A stretch of 63,877 nucleotides of DNA, the filler included, from Licmophora abbreviata (taxonomy: Eukaryota): NCBI GenBank assembly GCA_900291995.1. It is 13 parts of 13 records of this genome, joined end to end, with 100 filler letters (N's around TTAATTAATTAA, not from the genome) between each part and the next. Parts side by side here need not be neighbours in the genome. Positions count along the whole stretch, not along the records: positions 1 to 4,557 come from OLMU01004894.1; positions 4,658 to 6,339 come from OLMU01004895.1; positions 6,440 to 19,501 come from OLMU01004897.1; 10 more parts are not named here. One strand, 5' to 3'. The number at the start of each line of letters is the position of its first letter. Position 1 is the first letter of the stretch. Shown here in pieces: positions 1-10,936 of this stretch. The translations under genes and the position numbers were made by a program. The notes under the pieces were generated by a model, which ran no database searches, was not told the origin of the DNA, and worked only from the letters and a program-made list of their open reading frames with translations.

Positions 1-1
1 T

Positions 2-2170
2 GTGAAAAAGTCTGCAGCGAAAGCTGCGTTGGAACAGCGTGCGAAAAGCTATCGTATTCCAGTTGCCGCCAAGCCGTCGGAGAGCGCCAGAAGCGTCGAT
101 ACTGCACCGTTTCCATCCGCCGCGTCGGGGCCATCAGTTGCCGCCTCAGCCAGTTTCGAAGACGACCTATCCATCGATTCACCGCCGATTGCTCAACAGA
201 TACATTCTGCCACGTTAGGTGCAGTGGCGGCACGCCAGTGGGCCGACAACTATCGACAAAGGAAGGCAGGCAGAAAAACGACTGGAGAAGAGGACGACGT
301 TGATACTCAACAGAACGGCATGACCAGCAGCACTCACTCAACCAGTCATGCATCCCCTGTGTCCGAATCCTCTCACTGCGATCGATCCAGCCGGATGGAT
401 TCAGGGAGCACACATTCTCGGGGAGAAGTGATACCGTCCAAGAAACATGGAATGCTGAATCGTGGAGGCGCCATTCAGTTTGATAGCAGTGGTCACATTT
501 CTATTTCTAAGGACGAGCAAGCAGAGCTACGGAAAGAGGGGAAGCCCCCAATAACAGCCATGACGGCGGAGAGCAGTCGAACTATGAGCTCGATGTCTTC
601 TCTCGGGTCTGGCGAATTTCACAGTGGCGGTCACCAACTTTCATGGAAGCCTTCCGCTAGCTTCGCCAACCAGCGTCCGCCTGTCGCTGTCTACGAGGAT
701 GACGAAATATCAGAAGCTTCCTCTGTTGGGATGCCAGCTCACGATGGGAGCGGGTCCCAATCCACGCCCCCTCATCTGCGGTCACGGCCACCTTCGGCGG
801 CATCCGGCCGGTCTGGGGGTTCTTCAAGGTCGGTGCATTCAAAGCAGTCCCACCGCAACGTATTGGTCGAAAAGGAAGAGCAAAGGATACTCGCAATCAT
901 GAGGCAAAGCGAATCGGAGTACTCCGAAACGGTGCGCTTCATGAAGGAGAATCCTAGCTCTGCCTCGATACAGGAAGAGGCCCTGAACTCGATCTCTCGC
1001 TTAGTTCTTCTACAACAGGACTACGAGGCCATGCCAGAGCTTGGTGTCTACGACGCTATTGTTACGGCTATGCGATCCCACCCGCACGCAAGCGAAGTTC
1101 AAGTGGCTGGATGCAGTGCTGTTTGGAATTTGAGTGCTACAACCGAAACCCAAATTGCACTCGTCGGTGCAGGTTCTCTCGACACGATCATTACTGCCAT
1201 GGCGGGGTTCCCCGACGACGCGATGATTCAAGAGAAGGCCATCGCTGCTCTTTCCAACCTCGCTGCTGCTGAACAAAGCCAAGAATACCTACTAGAAAAG
1301 GGTATGTTGAATAAAGTCGTTGAAGCCATGACGCAGCATACGGACAACAGCAACGTTCAAGTGAAGGGTTGCGCCGTGGTCGCAAACATTGCCTCCTACG
1401 ACACTCCCGCCAAGGATGGAATCATGGACACTGGCGCTGGCGGCGTTGTCGTCGTGTCGATGGTTATGCATCCCAACAATGTGGAACTTCAAGAGAGAGC
1501 ACTACGAGCGCTTCGAAACATTTGCGCCAACAGCGATGCGAACAAGGTTGCCGTCGCGAATGTTGGAGGTATCGATGCTGCCATTAGCGCCATGCAAGTA
1601 CACCGTGATGAAGCGGGCGTACAAGAAGCAGGCGCATGGACACTGTCGAATCTATCCGTAAATGCTGAAAACAAGGCCGTGATTGGCGACAGTGGCGGCA
1701 TCGATGTAGTGATACGAGCCATGTGGGTACACTCGGACAATGCCGGCGTCCAGGAGTGGTGCTGTCGAGCTTTGTGGTCCTTGACCGGTGACGCCTACAA
1801 TCGCGCGGTCGTACTTGAGGTAGGAGGTATCTCCGCAGTTGTAAATGCTATGCAGGCTCATCCGGACTCAGGGGCAGTTCAAGAGAAGAGCTGCGGCATC
1901 CTGAGCAATCTGGCGTCTGGTAGCGACGAGAAAGTCAAGATGCAGATAGTCGACGAGGAAGCTCTGGACGCAATCATCTTAGCCATGGTGCTACACGCTG
2001 ATAACCAGGGCGTACAGGATCGAGCATGCTCGGTTTTACGGAGAATTGCTGTCCCTTCCAACGTTAAGCAGATGCAAGCCGCGAATGTCAACGAGCTTGT
2101 GCGGCTAGCGAGAGACAACTTCCCGGAAAAGTGCGGCGAGAAGGCGAGTCAAATACTCTCAGTCCTGTAG
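2..2170 (+). CDS. Armadillo (ARM) repeat protein with Ser-rich disordered N-terminus; 5' partial
   Basis: 722-aa ORF open from the window edge. The C-terminal half has about 9 tandem ~42-aa repeats of the form GGIxxVxxAMxxHxxxxxVQExACxxLxNL. Confidence 0.85.
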   Translation: MKKSAAKAALEQRAKSYRIPVAAKPSESARSVDTAPFPSAASGPSVAASASFEDDLSIDSPPIAQQIHSATLGAVAARQWADNYRQRKAGRKTTGEEDDVDTQQNGMTSSTHSTSHASPVSESSHCDRSSRMDSGSTHSRGEVIPSKKHGMLNRGGAIQFDSSGHISISKDEQAELRKEGKPPITAMTAESSRTMSSMSSLGSGEFHSGGHQLSWKPSASFANQRPPVAVYEDDEISEASSVGMPAHDGSGSQSTPPHLRSRPPSAASGRSGGSSRSVHSKQSHRNVLVEKEEQRILAIMRQSESEYSETVRFMKENPSSASIQEEALNSISRLVLLQQDYEAMPELGVYDAIVTAMRSHPHASEVQVAGCSAVWNLSATTETQIALVGAGSLDTIITAMAGFPDDAMIQEKAIAALSNLAAAEQSQEYLLEKGMLNKVVEAMTQHTDNSNVQVKGCAVVANIASYDTPAKDGIMDTGAGGVVVVSMVMHPNNVELQERALRALRNICANSDANKVAVANVGGIDAAISAMQVHRDEAGVQEAGAWTLSNLSVNAENKAVIGDSGGIDVVIRAMWVHSDNAGVQEWCCRALWSLTGDAYNRAVVLEVGGISAVVNAMQAHPDSGAVQEKSCGILSNLASGSDEKVKMQIVDEEALDAIILAMVLHADNQGVQDRACSVLRRIAVPSNVKQMQAANVNELVRLARDNFPEKCGEKASQILSVL

Positions 2171-2590
2171 CTTAGAGGTTTCCCAAAGTAAGACACTACC
2201 TAGAGAAACGAAAGCTTATGTGAACTCAGTTTGCTGGGGTCGCATCGATCGTTGTCTGTGGTATCGCTTGCCTGTTAACCAATGCCGGCTATAGATTGAT
2301 TCATTCATCGGCATTTCTGCTGGATGAATCAAGTCGAATGATTCGGAGCAACAATAGAAGGCTCATGACCCGATAACCACAACCATTCGAATGAATCCGT
2401 CTGCATCCGAAAGATGATGAGAGAACGCGGCTCGATGGCGATACGACACAAACGAAAGCCCCGTGAGGGCATAGAGACCTGTGCCTCTTGGTCTCCTTGC
2501 TACGATACTACCGTTGCTTTAGTCCTAAGTGAATTCTCTAGGACGTGTGCTGCTGTTTAAAGTCTTGTTTTGGATCGCTCCCCACCAGAG

Positions 2591-5019
2591 ATGACAGAAG
2601 TCGAGCAAAGGTCGCGCAGCGAGCCCTCCGTGATGCACGACTCCGATGGTGAGGAAGATGGCTTTGTGGAAGACCTGGCCCGTCAGAAGAATGAAAAACT
2701 CAAGGAGAGTCCAGCGTCTTCTTCTCGTCTGTCTAGTATCAGAACTGTGAGCGATGGTGTGTACGTTCCTCCCCCCGACGTCGGGCCATGGAGGCAGAAC
2801 AGCGGAAGCAGCAAGAGCAAGAGGGTGCCCCCGATTCGTCGGCTGTGCAGCTCCAGACATGGCGAGAACAAGGCCGCGTTGTTCATGGAACGGTGAATCG
2901 CTTGAATGCGTCCACCATCAAGTCATTGATTCATGATCTACTTTCAAAGGTTAATCTTGTGCGAATGCGCGGTGTGCTGGCCAAGTCGCTGTTGCAGGCT
3001 TCCGTCTCGTCGCCGCGATACTCAAACGTATACGCGGCGCTCGTGGCGGTTCTCAATACCAAGTTGCCAGAAGTCGGCGAGCTGGTGGTCAAGAGATCAA
3101 TTCTTGGCTTTCGTCGGTACTATCGACAGAAGGACAAGGCTTCCTGCCTGGCAATGGCCGTCTTTCTCGGGCACTTGTTCCACCAAGCGATCGTTCATGA
3201 ACTGCTTGTATTGCAGATTCTCACGCTGCTGCTAGATGGGGACCCAACGGATGACTCTGTGGAAGTAGCTGTCGAATTCTTGACTGTCACCGGATACGCA
3301 CTGCTCGAAGTGAGTCCCGCCGGTGTTCGAGCCGTGTTGGAGCGCCTCCGCGCCCTGCTGCATGAGGGGAACTTGAATTCGCGTGTGGAATACAAGATGG
3401 AACAGCTACTTGCGTTGCGGAAAACGGGTTTTCGCGATCATCCACCGATACCAGAGGAACTAGATCTCGTCGAACGGGACGACCAAATCACGTTCGAACT
3501 CAGCCTGGACGATGATGATATCAAGAAAGAAGATTATTTGGACGTCTTTCGGGTCGACGATGAATACACGGAGAATGAGAATACATGGTCCAAGATTCGT
3601 GCCGAAATTCTTGGGTTGGACGAGGGCGATGAAAGCGAAGGCGATAGCGAAACCGACGACAGTGAAGGAGGTTCGGAAGAGGAGTCTGACAACGAAGCTA
3701 TTGACGGGGAGATCCCTATCCAGGAAAGCGCTGTTGTCCTCACTAAAACACAAACGGGTCCTATCCAGGATCTATCGGAAAGTGACTTGGTTCACCTGCG
3801 ACGGACTATTTACTTGACAATCATGTCAAGTGCCACATTTGAAGAGTGTACGCATAAACTCGCAAAAATCGAAATTCCGCCTGGTCGAGAAGAAGAGTTG
3901 ATCAACATGATTATCGAGTGCTGTTCCCAGGAGCGGACCTTCCTCCGATACTACGGTTTGATTGGAGCACGGTTCTGTCTTTTGAATGATCGCTGGAAAG
4001 ACGCTTTCCTGACTGCATTCGAGACGCAGTACACGACGATTCACCGTCTTGAAACAAACAAGTTGCGCAACGTAGCAAAACTCTTCTCGCACCTGTTGCA
4101 CACAGACTCGATGCCATGGAGCTGCCTAGCGATTGTTCATTTGAACGAGGAGGAAACGACGTCGTCTTCCCGTATCTTTGTCAAGATTCTTATGCAGGAA
4201 ATGGCGGAGGCGGTTGGAATGGCAAGACTGAAGAAACGTCTCGACTCGGATGATCCGGAGCTTAAGGAATGGTACAGAGGGATGTTTCCACGCGACAATG
4301 TTCGCAATACAAGATACGCCATCAACTTCTTCACCTCGATCGGTCTGGGTCCACTCACAGACGAGCTACGCGAGTTCCTCAAGAATGCCCCCAAGATGAT
4401 AATGGCGCAGGCTGCAGAGACTGCTCTTGTCAAGAAAGGAGAAGACGATTCTTCTGTCTCTTCGACGAGCTCGAGCAGTAGCAGTTCCGTGTCATCGTCT
4501 TCCAGCTCGAGCAGTAGCAGCTCGTTCTCTACTTCTTCGTCGTATTCATCCAACAGTNNNNNNNNNNNNNNNNNNNNNNNNNNNNNNNNNNNNNNNNNNN
4601 NTTAATTAATTAANNNNNNNNNNNNNNNNNNNNNNNNNNNNNNNNNNNNNNNNNNNNGGTCGTCTTCCTACTCATCTTCCTCCAGCGGGTCATATTCTTC
4701 ATATAGCAGCAGCAGAAGTCAATCTCGCTCTGCTAGACGATTTCGGGGGAGTTCCCCTTCATACTCGACTGACGACAGCCGTTCGCGTGCGCGATCAACA
4801 GAAAGGAAAGTCACCGTCAGCCGGTCACGCTCCAAATCGAACGACGAAGCTCGTGCAGCAAAGGAAGGCGACGTCTCGAAGAATCCAATCGGCGGAAGTG
4901 ATAAAAGAATCGACCGAAAGCGTCGTTATCCCGGCGATTCGCCCTCGTCCGATCATGGTACGACCAGTGAAGCTGATAGAGGCCGGCTGGAGAAGCAGAA
5001 ACGCTCGAAACGAGACTGA
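2591..5019 (+). CDS. CWC22: Pre-mRNA splicing factor CWC22 (MIF4G + MA3 domains, Ser/RS-rich tail); frameshift at C-run 2771-2776; spans spacer 4558-4657
   Basis: Motifs GVYVPP, VNLVRMRG..., RRTIYLTIMSS, IIECCSQERT, TIHRLETNKLRNVAKLF, TTSSSRIFVKIL and NTRYAINFFTSIGLGPLT. The Ser/Arg-rich frame continues after the gap to TGA 5017-5019. Confidence 0.95.
4558..4657. other. Artificial contig spacer N44-TTAATTAATTAA-N44 (also at 6340-6439, 19502-19601, 26376-26475, 28931-29030, 34761-34860, 38266-38365, 40794-40893, 42664-42763, 47574-47673, 56004-56103, 61686-61785)
   Basis: Twelve identical 100-nt blocks, each with a six-frame stop linker in the middle. Confidence 0.98.
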
Positions 5020-5409
5020 TCACCGCCTGATTTTCACCAGTTGAACCTACAAAACACAGATATTACCATTTCAACCATTAACTTCTCTTAGATATTTAGA
5101 ACAAGTACGATGTCGGGTTTTCCCCTGTGGTCCAACGCATTCTATCACGTCCGTCATTAGTTAGTACAGTCCTTGTACGCGACATGTTCTTGCTCGCGAA
5201 GCCTTTCGAAGTCATTTGACGGCTATTGATGCACGACTGACAATACCCAAAATATGAGCGCAGGTTTCCCATAAAACGAGTAGACGTGTTGTTTTCTCTA
5301 ACAGGTGCAACCTTCACGCATGGTTGTGTTCTGTCCCAACTTTGCTTTTCTGTTGGGGCTGCCGTCGTTTGTCGCAAAGGAAAGTGCGAACCTTATTCCT
5401 GTCAGCGTT

Positions 5410-6319
5410 ATGGCATCTGCGAGTCAAGAATACGTCGAACCCAATAGCGGAGACAACACCGCTCAGCAAGTAAGTCAATTCACATAAGTAAACTTAAAAA
5501 ACTTAACGATGCACTTTTGAGATGTAAGCTTTGTCATCTTATAATCTGTTTCGCTTTTCCTCCTCTGCTCAATCATCTGCATAGTGGGACGCAGGACGCT
5601 ACCAGTCTCAGCATAGTTTTGTCTGGAAGTACGGTTCCTCTCTGATTGACCTTCTTGAACCCCAAGCGGGGGAGTCGATTCTGGATCTCGGCTGTGGTAC
5701 TGGAGAGCTAGCAAAGGAAATTCAGAGAAACGGATCCCATGTGATTGGTGTCGACGCTGACCCTCAGATGATTGCACAAGCTCAGTTGCAGTTTCCAGAT
5801 ATCAACTTTCGCGTAGATGACGCCCGCTCCTTTTCGGTGGACGAACCCGTCGACGCTGTCTTCTCGAATGCCGCCCTGCATTGGGTACCGGACGCAGATA
5901 GAGCCGTGAAGGCCATTGCGCGCGCGCTGAAGCCGGACGGTCGTTTGGTCGTCGAGTTTGGTGGAAAGGGCAACATCAAACAGATCGCATCTTATCTCGA
6001 TCAAGCCGTTGGAAGCGAACGGAACCCGTGGTTCTTTCCTAGTATTGCTGAGTACGCCAGTCTACTAGAGAAGCATGGAATGGAAGTTACGTTCGCTCAG
6101 CTTTTTGATCGACCAACTCCCTTGGCAGAAGACGACAAAGGGTTGCGAAATTGGATTCTCATGTTTGGAGGTTCGTTTCTCGATGATCTGAGCGACGAGG
6201 ACAAGGAACGCGTCCTATCTGGGGCCGAAAGAGAGCTCCGGGTGTCAGACCTCTATTCTAATGGCCAATGGACGGCAGATTATCGACGTATTCGGATAGT
6301 TGCCAGAAAGACGTGGTGA
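5410..6319 (+). CDS. Class I SAM-dependent methyltransferase (trans-aconitate MT-like / bacterial-type); intron 5470-5584
   Basis: The spliced product reads WDAGRYQSQHSFVWKYG...ILDLGCGTG...GVDADPQMI...DAVFSNAALHW...DRPTPL...ADYRRIR. The GTAAGT...ATAG intron keeps the frame. Confidence 0.85.
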
Positions 6320-6672
6320 AGCAATAAGAGCACAGCCATNNNNNNNNNNNNNNNNNNNNNNNNNNNNNNNNNNNNNNNNNNNNTTAATTAATTAANNNNN
6401 NNNNNNNNNNNNNNNNNNNNNNNNNNNNNNNNNNNNNNNACGTAAGTGATGAATTGTTCCAGTGTTTTCCCGCCAAAATATTGTTTGAAACGTTGGATGG
6501 CTGTCGTCGCTCGTTGGACGATCGGATCGACGGATGACGCACTGATGTGTTGACATTCCCAGAAAATGTCATCCGCGCGTCTGCGGCGTACGTTTGCCCA
6601 TGGGATTCCATTCTCGGACCGCTGTTTGCCATCTTTCCTGGTCTCGGGTGTCATTTCAAAACTGTATGGAAC

Positions 6673-8301
6673 ATGCACTGTCGTACTTTACTACTCAGAA
6701 GAGGCAGGTCATCAGTAGACCGCTCGTCCCTGTCAGAAGCGGTATCTCTGGCACGACGGTATCTCACGTCCGCACCTCCTGCCGGAGAGCGCATGCGGAT
6801 CGCCATCGTCGGTGGAGGTGCCGCAGGTCTTTCGTCGGCTCTGCACTTAGCTCCCCTGGTACAAGAGGGTCTCATCGCTTCTCCGATTGATATTTACGAA
6901 GCTTCCTCGAAGGGAGGACGAGAAGTCGGCATTGGTCTCTGGAGTACGGCGTTGGACCCTCTGCGGACGGCGGTGCGGAGTTCGCATCAGCTGCTCTGGG
7001 AAGATTTGAATCGATATGGACGATGGGTAGGTGCGGTAGGGTATAGGACACCCAAGGGTACCTGGCTGGCAAAGAGTCGTCTTCCGACGCTGCTAGGCGA
7101 AGAAGAGGAATTGGACATGCCAGCACTTTTGTTTTTGCGAGAAATGGACTTTCTAACCGCGCTTCAGCGAGCGGCGCATTTGGAAGAGCTGCAGGGAGCA
7201 GTCAAAATTCACCGTGGGAGCATGGGGTCGAATGTAACGGGGCTTTGGGAAGAGTCACCTCGGCCGTATTCTGCTCCGCTCTTGCTGTCCAATGGAGATG
7301 CGACCGAACGGGACTATCATTTGATTGTCGCTGCCGATGGAATGCATTCGACTCTACGACAGCAGTATGGAGGTCATCGGCGACTGCAGAGATTAACAGG
7401 CACCAATGCTCTGTTTGATACGGATTCCGCAAGCTCGGCGGTTCGGTCATGGGATGCTTCCGAGTGGCAAAAGCAGGCGAATACAATTGAGGATCGCAAG
7501 TATACGGTATTCCGAGGAAACGCACCATTGACTGAGGAAGAGACTGGCGTGGATGGAGTCAGCTTTCAAACATGGGGTGTTGGTAGGAGCATGAGGTTTG
7601 CGACGGTTCCCTTGGCGTATCCATTGGGCGAATCCAAGCGGACTGAAAAGCAAGTTTGGTTTGCTACGACCTCAGACGAATCCATTGCAGCAGAAAAGGA
7701 TCCTGCCAAACGTCACAGTATGCTTTGCTCGGCCTTTTCTAGCTGGCACGACCCGATTCCAAGATTAATGCAAGCCACCCCTCCCGATGAAATTCTGTTT
7801 GATCGAGCCATGGCTCACCGACACAGTGTGCCCCCGGCCCTAAATATCAATCAAGTGTTGAAGCAGACAAAAAAACGACAACCGACTGCAAGTGGTCCTG
7901 GGCCTGCCATGGTCTTTGTCGGAGACGCGTTCATGACTGTAGATCCTATTTTAGCTCAGGGTATCACTATGGCAATGGAAGGCGCATCTCAACTAGCACG
8001 CTCGGTCGAGCAGGCATGTCAATCGGGCACGGAAGAACAATCGCTCGCGTTTGACCCGGACGTACTTCGAGAAGGACTCATAAGTCGTTACGACCTTCGG
8101 TATGACCGCTTACTCTGTTTGCTACGTGCGACGGAGCTTGTGCAGGCGCTCGGTCAGCCGCAGGGCGGTATCCTTGGGTCTCTCAGCCAGCGCGTTCTTC
8201 GGCCGCTTATGCGCATTTCTCCCGATTTCGTCAAGCGCCCGATATTCAATTCAATGCTCAAATACTCGTTGGGAGTTCCGATTCGGAACGCGAAAAAATA
8301 A
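6673..8301 (+). CDS. FAD-dependent monooxygenase (salicylate hydroxylase/zeaxanthin epoxidase-like fold), probable mitochondrial presequence
   Basis: IAIVGGGAAG Rossmann motif, LIVAADGMHS (DG motif) and VFVGDAFMTVDPILAQGITMAMEGA (GD motif). N-terminus is Arg/Ser-rich. Confidence 0.85.
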   Translation: MHCRTLLLRRGRSSVDRSSLSEAVSLARRYLTSAPPAGERMRIAIVGGGAAGLSSALHLAPLVQEGLIASPIDIYEASSKGGREVGIGLWSTALDPLRTAVRSSHQLLWEDLNRYGRWVGAVGYRTPKGTWLAKSRLPTLLGEEEELDMPALLFLREMDFLTALQRAAHLEELQGAVKIHRGSMGSNVTGLWEESPRPYSAPLLLSNGDATERDYHLIVAADGMHSTLRQQYGGHRRLQRLTGTNALFDTDSASSAVRSWDASEWQKQANTIEDRKYTVFRGNAPLTEEETGVDGVSFQTWGVGRSMRFATVPLAYPLGESKRTEKQVWFATTSDESIAAEKDPAKRHSMLCSAFSSWHDPIPRLMQATPPDEILFDRAMAHRHSVPPALNINQVLKQTKKRQPTASGPGPAMVFVGDAFMTVDPILAQGITMAMEGASQLARSVEQACQSGTEEQSLAFDPDVLREGLISRYDLRYDRLLCLLRATELVQALGQPQGGILGSLSQRVLRPLMRISPDFVKRPIFNSMLKYSLGVPIRNAKK

Positions 8302-8350
8302 ACGCCCTTGATGACGGCGCACTACCTTGTACTCTGTCACAGTTAATCTT

Positions 8351-10634
8351 TTAACCCATAGCTGGGATCACTACCTCGATTGTTTGCGCGAGCCCCGTGT
8401 CGGAACAGCAGAGCGCCCGGTACTTTTCGTAGTCTGCTGTGTGTCTTCCCATTTGAGCGAGCGCCAGTGGTGCGCACCAGACGGAGACTAGGAGATCCTC
8501 GCATCCTTCGCACTGTGTCGCTGGGATGTTGTACGCCTTGCGCGTGTGCTTGCGGGCACGCATGACCAACAGGAGAAAGATGAATACAAGGGGCGCTTGG
8601 ATCACTACAAGCAAAGCAAGTGCCGCGATTGCAATCGGTGGGTAGGGCGTACTGATAATGTAAAACAGCAAGAAAACGTTCAGTCCCACCAAAGCTATCG
8701 TGGACAGTACAACCGTCTTGACTCTAGTTCTCGAATTGAGAGTTGACGCCTTCTCGTTCGCTGCTGAAAGTCTCAGCCTTGCCATAATCTGAGTCAGTGC
8801 AACTATCATACAAAATAGAGTGGAGTTGGGGTGGTGAGCAAAAACCTGCCGAACGACGACATGTGCAGCGTGTCTCCATACCTTGGGGGCAACAGAAGCT
8901 AGTAAGCAGCATTGGATGGCATATACCATGTGCGAAACAGCTGAATAGGCCGTCCTTCCAACGGCCATGGGGAGTATTCATTTCCAAGTAATCTTTCGCT
9001 TTTACGTCATGCATCACCGAGTTGAAAACCTCGCCTTTTACGACACCGTCCTTTGGCTGACGATAAAAGAAGACAATTCACGTTAGAAGTGATGGACGGA
9101 TGTGAATGATCACATGCAAGCCAACTGCTCTCACCACCGTGGCTAGAAACACCTCCTTTCCAACTTGCGCTTCAAACTGATAGCCACCCGGCAGATTCTC
9201 GGGTGCAGCAACTTGCACAACCCGCACCCCAACGCGTCCGCCACCCGGACTAACACTCGGAAGCACAGTACCCTGCGGAAGCTCGTATTGATTAGTTTGT
9301 CCTGGTGTCTGAACAAGCACCCCGTCCCCCTTTTCAGTATTTGCACTCGCAGTGCCCCGAACACTCGAGTATCCCATTGCTGTGTCATTTATATTCCCCA
9401 AGTCCCCTGTACCTGACAACCGCGTTGTGTTTCTTTGTCCCCTAGACTGCGGCAGAATCTCGAGCATGTCGACGATGGAAGAATTCTGGTTGAGAACTCT
9501 ATCTTCCTCTTTCGTTTCGGTCACCACTTGATTATCTTTCGTAGGCGAAACAAATTGGGTCGCTTGGTCGTATCGCGCCTCTCCTTTTACCCGAAGAATC
9601 GAAGCAGGCTCCGGCGAATCATAGTGTCGTGGCGATCGCTTCTGCAAGCCTTTTCGTCCCTGAGAACTTTTCTGATTCTGCGATTGATGTAGCCGACGCA
9701 AGTCCATATCTTCTTTCGCGACCCCAACAGAATGCGTATATGATTCACCGCGGTGGCCGCCGTACTGCATGGGAGCCGTGCCGTCCAGTTGTCCATAGCC
9801 ATTTGATGGATGACTCTCAACCATTCCACCCCAATTCTGATATTGGTCTCTTGCGTCGCTCGGAAAATTGGCTCTCCTGTATTCTTGAGTTGGAGGAGCA
9901 TAAGTCGTTGGCCGGGGAGCGTGTCCGCCTCCTCCCTGCGCTGGATCTGAATAATTGTAATGTGAAAGAGTTGACTCGCGTCTTCGTGGGGAAATTGCCG
10001 GCCTATAATCTGGTGCTCGCAACGCTGGAGGACGAGCACTATGAGAATATCGCGGCATCGTTGCAGCGGAACTTTCTTGTCGGATCGGCTCTGGATGCTG
10101 GACACGTTGGTTCAACGACGCTGATGCACTGGGATCGGGGAACGTCGGCTCGTTGAGTTGGACGACTTGGTGCAGCGGTATCCCGGACCATCCTTGTCGC
10201 CCAGTAGGAATTTCATCTCGCCCTGATACAGGATCGAGACTCATAATGGTGGACCCAAACACCGTATTGAGTTGGCGCATCAGGACATCCTGCGGACCTT
10301 CCCCTGGTACAGGGAAGGTGGACAGAGTTTCGCGACGATACTGAAAGGCGTCGACAAGGTCGTGTCTATCCTTCCCGTTCAGCACTGTGAAGAGAGCTTG
10401 GTTAGGGCTCATCGGTCCATTCCTGTGAGCTCCCAATGCTCGCTGAGCAGTCGCACAGAAAGCGGCGTCGTTCTCTCTCAAGGGATTTGTTGGAGTCCGC
10501 TGCTGCGGAGAACGCTTGACTCCTGGTGACCGGGTTGGATAAACCGCTCTATCTTCGTCTGCGCGCCATCTTCGATCCCTTTGATTCACCAACGGCTCTT
10601 GCATGCTTCTTTGGTTAGTGCTGTGGTGCTCCAT
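8351..10634 (-). CDS. PLAC8-domain membrane protein, paralogue A (introns 9057-9134, 8803-8881; start uncertain)
   Basis: Spliced C-terminus: VAAPENLPGGYQFEAQVGKEVFLATV|PKDGVVKGEVF...GRWKDGLFSCF...CCPQ|VALTQ...RARKHTRKAYNIP...CEDLLVSVWCAPLALAQMGRHT. The W..GLFSC, CP, R..Y.I and QxxRH motifs are PLAC8-type. Confidence 0.8.
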
Positions 10635-10936
10635 TCTCCTACGTGCCTGTGGCAGTGGAGCTCTGATACCCACAATTGCACCACCGGCGACAACGGATTG
10701 CCATCCCCATTCTTGAGGAGAGGAAAAGGGACGCCGCCCAGATTTGAATACCATCTGTATATGTTTTACTTTGAGTACGAATACATTCAATATTGTTCAA
10801 CTTCAGTACGATAGCGTCCGTAGCTATCAGCAACGTAATTTCATACAAAGAATTAGTACGATTGGGCATTTTGGCGATAGGGCCTAATCGCAATTGCCGT
10901 CATTTTTTACACTGCAACGCATTCAATCATCATCCC

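Noticed and set aside
4455..4720. Ser-codon-rich low-complexity tract
   Set aside because: Ordinary Ser/RS tail of CWC22, which explains the assembly break.
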